A DNA stretch of 23,683 nucleotides from PVC group bacterium (lineage in GTDB: Bacteria; Auribacterota; Erginobacteria; Erginobacterales; Erginobacteraceae): NCBI GenBank assembly GCA_043804695.1, contig JAZDIV010000150.1, positions 1 through 23,683 on the forward strand, read 5' to 3'. Position 1 is the stretch's first letter; the number at the start of each line of letters is the position of its first letter. Below are positions 16,099 to 23,683 of the stretch, one piece after another. The notes beneath the pieces were generated by a model. That model was not told where the DNA came from. It saw nothing but the letters and a program-made list of their open reading frames with translations, and made no database searches. The position numbers and the translations under genes were made by a program.

Positions 16099-16128
16099 TT
16101 GTCAAAGACACCCGATCCGGCATATAAT
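16099..16128 (+). promoter_or_regulatory. Candidate sigma70 promoter of the nitroreductase
   Basis: TTGTCA-18 nt-TATAAT upstream of the GGAGG RBS (16150-16154). Confidence 0.5.
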
Positions 16129-16161
16129 CAACTTCTTGCCAAACACAATGGAGGATTGCCG

Positions 16162-16701
16162 ATGGAACTATTCGAAGCGATGAAACGCCGGCACAGTTAC
16201 CGGGGACCGTTTAAGGACGATCCGGTGCCGAGGGAAGACCTGGAGCGGATCGTGGCGGCGGGGCTGCGGGCCCCCTCCGGGAAGAACGAGCAGACCACGT
16301 CCTTCGTGATCGTGGACGATCCGTCCCTGGTCAAGGAGATCGGCGGGATGCATCCGGGCAACCAGGCCCTCCAGCTGGCCCGGGCCCTGATCGCCTGTAT
16401 CATTGACCGGCACCCGGAGGCGGTTTACGAAGGGCACTCCTTCCAGGTCGAGGACTGCGCGGCGGCGGTCGAGAACATGCTGCTGGCGATCACGGCGCTC
16501 GGCTACGGCTCGGTCTGGATCGATGGCTGGCTTCGCCTGGAAGGCCACGCGGAGAAGATCGGCGGGCTTCTGGGGGTCCCCGAAACCAGGGTGGTCCGGG
16601 TTCTCCTCCCGGTCGGCATCCCGGCGGAAGAGGGGCCCCGGAAGGAGAAGAAGGCTTTCAATGAGCGGGCCTGGTTTAATCGATACCGTGTGAATATCTG
16701 A
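16162..16701 (+). CDS. Nitroreductase family flavoprotein
   Basis: RRHSYR, RAPSGKNEQ, DCAAAVENMLLAITALGYGSVW and LPVG motifs; start moved to ATG 16162 behind GGAGG. Confidence 0.92.
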   Translation: MELFEAMKRRHSYRGPFKDDPVPREDLERIVAAGLRAPSGKNEQTTSFVIVDDPSLVKEIGGMHPGNQALQLARALIACIIDRHPEAVYEGHSFQVEDCAAAVENMLLAITALGYGSVWIDGWLRLEGHAEKIGGLLGVPETRVVRVLLPVGIPAEEGPRKEKKAFNERAWFNRYRVNI

Positions 16702-16719
16702 GAAACCCGATAGACTCTG

Positions 16720-16855
16720 GCCACCAGGGCGCGAAAGGCACTAAGAAAAGATAAAAGGAGCAAAACGTGCATGCTGTTTATTTCCCGTAGTGCGTTGCCC
16801 CGCCCCTGGCGGAGCTAAACGGGGTTGTCTTAGCGGCCGAAGGGAGCTGATTTAT
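16720..16855. repeat. Diverged third copy of the conserved-end element (GCCACC-type palindrome plus right-end motif)
   Basis: gccaccagggcgcgaaaggcactaagaaaa (16720-16749) resembles 2927-2955 and has a degenerate right arm to ~16812; gcggccgaagggagctgatttat (16833-16855) matches the right-end motif at 19 of 23 positions. Confidence 0.6.
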
Positions 16856-16886
16856 AAAATTAAAAGCAAAACTGAACCGCCTGGTC

Positions 16887-19004
16887 ATGAACATAATGAC
16901 CAGCGGGACGTTTGATGAGTATCGCGATGATGTCGGCGTCTATCTGCGTTTCTTCCTCATCAACATGATCGCGATCCTCTCGGGAACGTTCCTGCTCGGT
17001 TACGGCATATTCGATATTTTCCAGGGGCAGGCATTGCTCGGGCTGACCACGGTCGGGGCGGGCATCCTGCTCCTGATCAACTTTGTCTTTCTCCGGGCGA
17101 CCCGGAAATACCTGCTCGCCGGCTGGGTGGCCGCGCTTCTGATCGCCGGTTTCTTTGCCTTCCTGCTCAGCACCGGGGGAAGTGAAAACAGCGGACCTCT
17201 CTGGATCTATACCCTGCCGGGGGTGGCTTTCATCCTCCTCGGCGCGAAAGCCGGGACCTTCCTGATGCTCGCGTTTTACGCCTTTTCGGCCCTGGTGCTC
17301 CTGGTCCCAGAATCCCCCCTCCTCTTCACCTGGTATTCGCCGGCGTTTGTTCGCCGGTTTTTTTCTTCCCTCCTGACGGTCCAGATTCTGGCCTACCTCT
17401 TCGTACATATGCGGGTGCTTTCCCAGAAAATGACCGTTCAGAAAAACCGGGAACTGGAGGCGGCCATCGCGGATGCCCGCCGGGTCGAGAAGGCCCTGCG
17501 GGAGAGCGAAAAGCGTTTCCGGGACATCTCCTTCAGCATGGCGGACTGGATCTGGGAGATCAACCGGGAAGGTGTGTATACCTATGCCTCAAAATCGGTT
17601 AAGGGAATTCTGGGCTTCGAACCGGATGAACTGATGGGAAAGACGCCTTTTGATCTGATGGATCGGAAAGAATCGAAAAGGGTGGGTAAGATGTGCCTGA
17701 AGACCATGGCCGAGGGGCGTCCGATAGTCGATCTGGAGAACTGGAACCTGGCCAAGAGCGGACAGAAGGTCTGTCTCCTGACCAACGGGGTCCCGATCCT
17801 GGATCAGAACGGGGAAATAATCGGTTACCGGGGCGTGGATAAGGATATTACCGACCGCAAGCTGATGGAGGCGGAGTTTCTGAAGACCCAGAAACTCGAG
17901 TCGGTCGGTATTCTTGCCGGCGGGATCGCCCATGATTTCAACAACATTCTCACGGCTATCCTGGGGAACATCTCACTGGTCAAGATGGGAGTGAAACATG
18001 ACAAGGAACTCATCCGGTCGCTCTCCGAGTCCGAGCATGCCTGCCAGCAGGCAAAGAACCTGACCCAGCAGCTTCTCACTTTCTCCCGGGGCGGCCTGCC
18101 GGTCAAAAAGACCATCGTGATTGCCAATCTGATCAGGGAAGCCGCCACGCTTGCCCTCAGGGGATCTTCTTCCCGCTGTGAGTTCGCTATCGCCGATGAT
18201 CTCAAGCCGGTTGACGTGGACCCCGGACAGATGAACCAGGTGATCAATAACATCGTTCTGAATGCCGGGCAGGCCATGCCTGACGGGGGGGTGGTCAGGG
18301 TGCGCGCTGAAAATTTTCCGGTTGGCCGGGGCGTCGAACCGGCTCCGGGAGAGGGAGAGTATGTCCGGATAGAGATTCAGGATACGGGGACGGGAATTTC
18401 GCCGGAGATTGTTCATAAGGTGTTCGACCCCTATTTCAGCACGAAAAAAGCAGGCAGTGGTCTGGGGCTGGCGGTGGCATATTCCATTGTTAAAAATCAT
18501 CAGGGGGTAATAACGGTTGATTCTGAAAAAGATTCCGGAACGACCTTCACGATATACCTCCCCGTTTCGTCTGAGCCCGGCGAGATGGAACGGGAGAAGG
18601 GCGGCGAGCTGATCTTCGGGCGCGGGCGTGTTCTTCTCATGGATGACGAGGAGGCGGTCCGGAACGTGACGGAGAAAATTATCCGCTACCTCGGCTACGA
18701 GATAGACTATGCCGATGACGGGCGGGTCGCCGTTGAGATGTATCGGAAGGCGAGAGAAGAAGGGAGCCCGTATGACCTGGTTATTCTGGATTTGACCGTT
18801 CCCGGGGGAATGGGCGGAAAGGAGACCGCCGAAAAAATCCTGGAGATCGATCGGGGCGCCCGACTGGTTATCGCCAGCGGTTATTCAAGTGACACGGCCG
18901 GCTTTTCCCGGCCGGCGGGGGGATATTACCGTGCTTTTCTCACCAAGCCGTACCGGATTAAGGAGATCAGCGAGGTGCTCGACCGGGTGGTGAAAAGCGA
19001 GTGA
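16887..19004 (+). CDS. Membrane-bound hybrid sensor histidine kinase (TM sensor-PAS-HisKA-HATPase-REC)
   Basis: Multi-TM N-terminus; PAS/PAC ending DITDRK; H-box GIAHDFNNILT; QVINNIVLNA, DTGTGI, FDPYFSTK, GSGLGLA; receiver LMDDE...DLVILD...TKP. Confidence 0.93.
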   Translation: MNIMTSGTFDEYRDDVGVYLRFFLINMIAILSGTFLLGYGIFDIFQGQALLGLTTVGAGILLLINFVFLRATRKYLLAGWVAALLIAGFFAFLLSTGGSENSGPLWIYTLPGVAFILLGAKAGTFLMLAFYAFSALVLLVPESPLLFTWYSPAFVRRFFSSLLTVQILAYLFVHMRVLSQKMTVQKNRELEAAIADARRVEKALRESEKRFRDISFSMADWIWEINREGVYTYASKSVKGILGFEPDELMGKTPFDLMDRKESKRVGKMCLKTMAEGRPIVDLENWNLAKSGQKVCLLTNGVPILDQNGEIIGYRGVDKDITDRKLMEAEFLKTQKLESVGILAGGIAHDFNNILTAILGNISLVKMGVKHDKELIRSLSESEHACQQAKNLTQQLLTFSRGGLPVKKTIVIANLIREAATLALRGSSSRCEFAIADDLKPVDVDPGQMNQVINNIVLNAGQAMPDGGVVRVRAENFPVGRGVEPAPGEGEYVRIEIQDTGTGISPEIVHKVFDPYFSTKKAGSGLGLAVAYSIVKNHQGVITVDSEKDSGTTFTIYLPVSSEPGEMEREKGGELIFGRGRVLLMDDEEAVRNVTEKIIRYLGYEIDYADDGRVAVEMYRKAREEGSPYDLVILDLTVPGGMGGKETAEKILEIDRGARLVIASGYSSDTAGFSRPAGGYYRAFLTKPYRIKEISEVLDRVVKSE

Positions 19005-19087
19005 TTATGGCCGGGAGGGAAAGCAGTCGGTGGGAAGCAACCCCGGTTGAATCAACCGGGATATGGAAGTCAGCGCGAGGTGCTAAC

Positions 19088-19381
19088 TTACTGCTTCGGA
19101 ATTTCAAAAAAAGAGAAATCAAGTAGTGTAGTATTGTCCTTTCGCTTCGCTGCTCTTCGGCAAGCTCAGGGTCTGCGACAGGACTTGTAGGATCAGAATG
19201 CCTTCGGCATTCTTTAGTAGTAATTGTAGGATCGCTTCCTGCCTGCTGACAGGCAGGCGCTTGCAGTTCGGCAAGCGTTGCCGCAGGCAAGGCGATACTA
19301 CAATTACTACATCTGCCGCAAGTCCTGAACGGAGTGAAGGACGATCCTACATAAATTTGCGAGCGAAGCGAGCTAATTTAT
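19088..19381. repeat. Conserved-end intergenic element, copy B, enclosing nested GTAG-type palindromes
   Basis: Same 20-nt left and 25-nt right ends as 2898-3049; the interior is a nested multibranch inverted-repeat structure (19127-19351). Confidence 0.8.
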
Positions 19382-20399
19382 GCCGGATACATTACACTGG
19401 GGCATTCTTTCCACCGCCCGGATCAACCGGCGGATCATCCCTCCGCTCCGGCGGGCCTCCCGTTCCGAACCGGTGGCGGTGGCCGGCCGGGACCCGGACC
19501 GGACCCGCGACTTTGCGGCCAGATGGGGTATCGGCGAAGTTTTCCCGTCGTACCGGGAACTGCTCGCCTGTCCCGGCATCGACGCCGTCTACATCCCGCT
19601 TCCCAACAGCCTCCACTGCGAGTGGGTTGTCAGAACCGCCCGGGCCGGCAAGCATGTTCTCTGTGAAAAGCCGCTCAGCCTGACCGCGGCCGAGGCGGAG
19701 AAGATGGCGTCCGCGGCTCGGGAAAACGGCGTCGTTCTCCTGGAGGCGATGGCGTACCGGATGCACCCCCAGTTTCTCCGCCTGCAGTCGCTGATCGGAG
19801 AGGGGATGATCGGCCGGATCGGCCTGATCCGGGCCTGGTTCCGTTTCACCCTGCCCGCCGGGGAGAACTTCCGCTGGTCGAAGGAGATGGGAGGGGGCGT
19901 CCTTCGGGATGTCGGCTGCTATCCGGTCAACTTCTGCCGGGCGGTTGCCGGCTCCAGCCCGGAAACGGTTTACTGCCGCCAGCTGATCGGCCCGACCGGC
20001 GTCGATATCCTCTCCTCCGGCCAGCTGACCTTTCCGGGAGGCCTGATCGCGCAGATAGACTGCGCGTTCTCTCTCCCCTTCGGGGTTGGGGCGGAGGTCA
20101 TCGGCGAGAAAGGCGTGCTCCGTCTCCCCAATCCCTGGCAGCCGGACATTGACGGCAAGTCGGGCGGCCTGATCCACATCGCCCCCGACGATACCGAGAC
20201 CTCGATCCCTGTCCCGGCGGCCGATCCGTATCTTTGCGAGATCGAAGCGATGGAATCGGCGGTCCTGGACGGTGTTCCTCCCCTCTACACCGTCGAGGAA
20301 AGCCGGGAGAACGCCGCAGCGATAGCGGCGCTGTACCGTTCCGCCCGGTCCGGGCGGCCGGTGAATGTCACTACCCGGTCTATTTCACGGGGGATATAA
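19380..20399 (+). CDS. Gfo/Idh/MocA-family oxidoreductase
   Basis: WGILSTARI, DAVYIPLPNSLH, GKHVLCEKP and GGGVLRDVGCY motifs. Confidence 0.93.
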   Translation: MPDTLHWGILSTARINRRIIPPLRRASRSEPVAVAGRDPDRTRDFAARWGIGEVFPSYRELLACPGIDAVYIPLPNSLHCEWVVRTARAGKHVLCEKPLSLTAAEAEKMASAARENGVVLLEAMAYRMHPQFLRLQSLIGEGMIGRIGLIRAWFRFTLPAGENFRWSKEMGGGVLRDVGCYPVNFCRAVAGSSPETVYCRQLIGPTGVDILSSGQLTFPGGLIAQIDCAFSLPFGVGAEVIGEKGVLRLPNPWQPDIDGKSGGLIHIAPDDTETSIPVPAADPYLCEIEAMESAVLDGVPPLYTVEESRENAAAIAALYRSARSGRPVNVTTRSISRGI

Positions 20400-20406
20400 T
20401 ATAAAT

Positions 20407-20445
20407 GAGCCCGCCCCGATAAAATCGGGGCGGGCTCTTTTATTT
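20407..20445 (+). terminator. Rho-independent terminator
   Basis: gagcccgccccgat-aaa-atcggggcgggctc 14-bp stem followed by ttttattt. Confidence 0.85.
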
Positions 20446-20449
20446 CTGG

Positions 20450-20477
20450 TTGACTTTACCGGCAAAGTGAGTAAACT
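20450..20477 (+). promoter_or_regulatory. Candidate sigma70 promoter
   Basis: TTGACT-16 nt-TAAACT right after the terminator and upstream of the AAGGAG RBS. Confidence 0.5.
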
Positions 20478-20519
20478 CCACCCCCCCTTAAATAGTAATG
20501 TAAAAAGGAGTGCAAGAAA

Positions 20520-21860
20520 ATGACAGAGAAGAAGAAGAGGAAGAAAACCGCGATGCGGAAAACCGCGTCGGGGAAAAAGCCTGCCTCCAGAAAGGCCGGA
20601 AGGAAAAAGAAAACCGTTCTCAAAAAATCCGCGGCTCACAAGATAACCGTATCAGGAAAAAAGGCTGGCAAGAAGAAGTCCTCCCCCGGAAGAGGGCCAT
20701 CCCCGGCCCGGGCGGTTGCCCCGAAAAAGAAAGCGGGTCGCAAAACCGCCGCCGGCAAGAAAGCCGCCTCGGTCCGCCCCCGAAAGGCGGTGAAGAAAAC
20801 GGTCCGCCGCGCCACGCCGCGCCCTCCCGCTAAAATAGAGTGGGATGAGATCTATGAGATGGAGATCGTCACCCGGGCCCGGAGCTGGAACCGCGCCCGG
20901 GACGTGGGGACGATCCAGGGCGTCAACCGCCGGATGGCGTTCGGCGGCTATCTGGATGTCATCCGGGACGCCGACCGGGCATATGAAGGAACGATCTGGA
21001 AGATAGCGGGAGAGATTCTGGCAAGGCGGAACGCCGTCAGGATGGTGATCGTGGCCGGGCCGAGCTCTTCCGGGAAAACCACCACCACGCTCAAGCTCTG
21101 CGGGGCGCTGCGGGCGATGGGCGAGGAGCTCCAGGTTCTTCCGCTGGACAACTACTTCTGGAATCTGGAAGGCCAGCCCCAGGACGAGTTCGGCGATTAC
21201 AACTTCGAATCACCGGTGGCCCTGGACATTCAGACCATCAACCGCAACCTCCGCGAACTGCTTGACGGCCGGGAAACTCTGATCCCGGTGTATGATTTCA
21301 AGGCCGGCCGGCGGCAGGAAGAGCCGATGAAGATGAAGCAGGAGCCGAACCAGCTCCTGGTCGTGGAAGGGCTTCACGCCTTCCATCGCCCGGTAACGGC
21401 TTCCATTCCGGCCGAGAGCCAGTTCCGGGTTTATGTCGAGACCATCTGTCAGCTTCAGGACCGGGATTATAATTTCGTCCCCTGGACGGACATCCGCCTT
21501 TTGAGAAGGATGGTCAGGGACAATGTCCACCGCAACTACACTCCCTTCAGGACGCTCGGCCACTGGCATTATGTCCGGGAGGCGGAGAAGGAATACATCG
21601 TGCCCTTCATCAGCCGGGCGGACGCGGTGGTGAACGGGTATCTGCCCTATGAACTCCCGGTCTACAAGAAATACCTCTATCAGCCCCTGAAGAAGGCGGT
21701 GGAGGAGTATTCGGAACAGCCCGGGAGGAAGGACGCCCTGCGGAGGGGAATCCGGTGCCTCGCTTACCTGGAGGAGATCGATGTATTGGATGATGAATCG
21801 GTCATCCCTCCCACCTCCCTTCTCCGGGAGTTTATCGGCGGGAGCGTCTACAAGTATTAA
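20520..21860 (+). CDS. Uridine-kinase-like P-loop nucleoside kinase with a ~100-aa Lys/Arg/Ala-rich N-terminal tail
   Basis: Walker A GPSSSGKTT, LDNYF, YNFESPVALD, VEGLHA, RLLRRMVRD and SLLREFIGGS motifs; N-terminus is low-complexity and basic. Confidence 0.88.
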   Translation: MTEKKKRKKTAMRKTASGKKPASRKAGRKKKTVLKKSAAHKITVSGKKAGKKKSSPGRGPSPARAVAPKKKAGRKTAAGKKAASVRPRKAVKKTVRRATPRPPAKIEWDEIYEMEIVTRARSWNRARDVGTIQGVNRRMAFGGYLDVIRDADRAYEGTIWKIAGEILARRNAVRMVIVAGPSSSGKTTTTLKLCGALRAMGEELQVLPLDNYFWNLEGQPQDEFGDYNFESPVALDIQTINRNLRELLDGRETLIPVYDFKAGRRQEEPMKMKQEPNQLLVVEGLHAFHRPVTASIPAESQFRVYVETICQLQDRDYNFVPWTDIRLLRRMVRDNVHRNYTPFRTLGHWHYVREAEKEYIVPFISRADAVVNGYLPYELPVYKKYLYQPLKKAVEEYSEQPGRKDALRRGIRCLAYLEEIDVLDDESVIPPTSLLREFIGGSVYKY

Positions 21861-21932
21861 TCAGGATATCTCGATGCATTAAATATTCAATTTCCGGCTG
21901 AACCGGAAATTGAGTGGGAGAAAAATGTAACG

Positions 21933-23300
21933 ATGAAAACGATCACAGACCTGAAACTGCGGCTGAAGACCCCCAAGCAGCGTGAAGTCTTCGGCAGGGT
22001 TGTTCTTCAGCCGTCCCGCCTGGAGGGATACCGGCACCTGGCCCGGCTGCTGGCCGGGGAAGGCGATCCGCGGGCGGCGGAGGAGGTTCTCCGCCTGGCC
22101 CTCTCCCTTTCCCCGAAAGACCGCCTGGCCCGGGAGCAGCTGGCCGGGATTTACGAGGAGACGAAGCGTTCGAACCGGGCTGCGGAGATCTACCGGCAGC
22201 TGATTAAAGAGGGTGAGAGCTGGTCTTCCTATGTCCGCCTGGCGAGAATTCTCAGGAAGAAGGGCGATTTCGAGGGAGCCGTTGCCGTTTTCAAGAGCGT
22301 CCCCTACCGGCACCTGTTCCGGGAGCGGACCTATGCCCCCCTCTATGATCTGTTTTTCATGATGGGAGCGCACAAGCGGGGCATCCAGAGCGCCAAGGAC
22401 GCTCTCCGCCGCTGCGGCCTTTCCCACCAGTGGGTCAAGAAGCTGGGACGCCTCTATATGAAGGACGGCAACAAGGCGGAAGGGATCAACTACTTGAAGC
22501 AGGCCCTCCGGCAGCATCCGGATGACCTGGACACGATCAAGCTGATCGGCCTGGCCAATCTCGACCTCGGCAATTACGGTGTGGCCCGGGAGTGGTTCAA
22601 AAAGATCCTCGCCAAGGACCCCGAATCCTACCAAGCCCACATCGAGCTGGCCGAGCTGGCGCTTCGCCTGGAGAAGCTCGATGAGGCGAAAAAATGGGTG
22701 GATGCGATCCGCCGGGTCCAGAAGAAGAAGGGCGAGCTCTGGGACTCCCGCTCCAAACTGGCACTGGCGGAGTATTGCCTGCGAAAAGAAGATTATCAAA
22801 AGGCGGTCGAACTGGCCGTCGACGGTTTAACCGAGACTCCTTTTTATTATCCGCTGGAGCTGGTGCACGCTCACGGTATTCTCGGCCAGGGATACCAGGC
22901 GCTGGATGATGAATTCAAGGCCGAAGTTCATTCCCGGATCGAGAAAGTTTTGCTGGAAAACCCGGACGTTTTCAACGCCTTCTTCGCGCTGGCCCGTCAG
23001 CTGAAGAAAGAGGGAAAACTGGCCGAAGCCAAGGAAGTCCTGGAGCAGCTGCTCATCACTTTCCCGGGGAATACCCTGACCCTCCTCAACCTGGCCGAGG
23101 CCCAGTTCCGGCGGGGGATGACCCAGAGCGCGGTCCAGCTCGCCCGGGCCGCCGCCGGCGGAGAGGGGGGAAGATTCATTCAGGATCAGGTCAAGGCGCT
23201 GAAGCTCCTCATCCAGATCAGCAAAGCGGGCGGGATGGAAGGCGCCGCCCGGGATTACGAACGCCGTTTGAAGAAGCTCGCCTCCTCCAGCAGTGCATAA
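21933..23300 (+). CDS. Tetratricopeptide repeat protein
   Basis: Repeated TPR-type helix pairs (e.g. YLKQALRQHPDDLDT, FKKILAKDPESYQAHIELA, LEQLLITFPGNTLTLLNLA). Confidence 0.88.
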   Translation: MKTITDLKLRLKTPKQREVFGRVVLQPSRLEGYRHLARLLAGEGDPRAAEEVLRLALSLSPKDRLAREQLAGIYEETKRSNRAAEIYRQLIKEGESWSSYVRLARILRKKGDFEGAVAVFKSVPYRHLFRERTYAPLYDLFFMMGAHKRGIQSAKDALRRCGLSHQWVKKLGRLYMKDGNKAEGINYLKQALRQHPDDLDTIKLIGLANLDLGNYGVAREWFKKILAKDPESYQAHIELAELALRLEKLDEAKKWVDAIRRVQKKKGELWDSRSKLALAEYCLRKEDYQKAVELAVDGLTETPFYYPLELVHAHGILGQGYQALDDEFKAEVHSRIEKVLLENPDVFNAFFALARQLKKEGKLAEAKEVLEQLLITFPGNTLTLLNLAEAQFRRGMTQSAVQLARAAAGGEGGRFIQDQVKALKLLIQISKAGGMEGAARDYERRLKKLASSSSA

Positions 23301-23493
23301 CCACGGCGAACCGGTCATCTGTTCTCGCCGCGGCGAGCCGACACCGGCCGAGAATCTCAACTGGATTTACTACGGTGAGCGGCTCTCCCGGCCGGCCGGC
23401 TCCCTCAGTTCCCTGTCGCCGGGATGGAGAGGCCGGATCGGTGTCGTCCTGACCATTCGGGCGGTGATGATATTCCTGATCTGGTTGTTATAA
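23293..23493 (+). CDS. Small membrane protein with a degenerate zinc-ribbon-like N-terminus
   Basis: GTG start overlaps the TPR stop; its stop TAA abuts the next ATG; C-terminal hydrophobic helix; pattern C-x2-R-x10-W-x2-Y-G mirrors C-x2-C-x10-C-x2-C-G. Confidence 0.6.
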   Translation: MHNHGEPVICSRRGEPTPAENLNWIYYGERLSRPAGSLSSLSPGWRGRIGVVLTIRAVMIFLIWLL

Positions 23494-23683
23494 ATGATCA
23501 CGCACCTGAAACAGCTTCGTCTGGACCATCCCCAGATGCTGGCCGCGTGGCCGGGCATGGGCTACGTGGCTTCGAAAACGGTCTCCTACCTGGTGGAAAC
23601 GCTGGGGGCGGACCGTTTCGCGTTTATCAATCCCGATAATTATTTCTCTCCCGCCAGCGTGATCGTTGAAGAGAGCGTGGCTC
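23494..23683 (+). CDS. PAC2 (proteasome assembly chaperone)-family protein, N-terminal part (runs off the right edge)
   Basis: Not in the ORF track. Manual translation MITHLKQLRLDHPQMLAAWPGMGYVASKTVSYLVETLGADRFAFINPDNYFSPASV matches the 'P.L.AAWPG.G.VA...YL...L.A..FA.I.P..FF' PAC2 N-terminus. Confidence 0.75.
   Translation, partial: MITHLKQLRLDHPQMLAAWPGMGYVASKTVSYLVETLGADRFAFINPDNYFSPASVIVEESVA

Noticed and set aside
16821..16867. Resemblance to the 5' half of tRNA-Tyr (ggggtt...agcggccgaagggagctga)
   Set aside because: No anticodon stem, T-arm (GTTCRA) or acceptor pairing; better explained as a diverged right end of the repeat element.
19081..19381. Possible integron attC site (gctaac ... 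gcgaagcgag)
   Set aside because: No matching GTTRRRY end at the right spacing, no cassette-like gene array and no integrase in the window.
18967..19683. ORFs 18967-19290 (-) and 19198-19683 (+) across the repeat-rich gap
   Set aside because: They read through palindromic repeats, have no recognisable domain and overlap real genes.

Overview
GC-rich bacterial chromosomal window with about 21 coding regions and AT-rich, highly palindromic intergenic gaps. No rRNA, tRNA, CRISPR array, integrase or transposase was seen. Left to right: the N-terminus of a DUF2294/MpsC-family gene (-); a tripartite RND efflux operon whose TolC-type protein carries an N-terminal ABC substrate-binding-like domain; panD (-); a DUF456 membrane protein; an atypical carbamoyltransferase, carbamate kinase and a threonine-synthase-like PLP enzyme in one run; a BrnT/BrnA-CopG-like toxin-antitoxin pair (-); a secreted FG-GAP-like plus phage-fibre-like protein; a DUF318 permease-HMA fusion (-); a nitroreductase; a hybrid PAS histidine kinase; a Gfo/Idh/MocA oxidoreductase; and a uridine-kinase-like protein with a histone-like tail, followed by a TPR protein, a degenerate zinc-ribbon membrane peptide and a PAC2-family gene (partial). 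The best candidates for something undescribed are four. (1) A catabolic carbamoyltransferase/carbamate kinase/PLP-lyase module whose substrate-determining motifs are non-canonical. (2) An intergenic element with identical 20-nt and 25-nt ends around different palindromic cargo, abutting gene starts. (3) The substrate-binding-domain-TolC fusion with a possibly switchable leader. (4) A mosaic cellular tail-fibre-like adhesin. All family calls come from motif recognition by eye; no searches were run.
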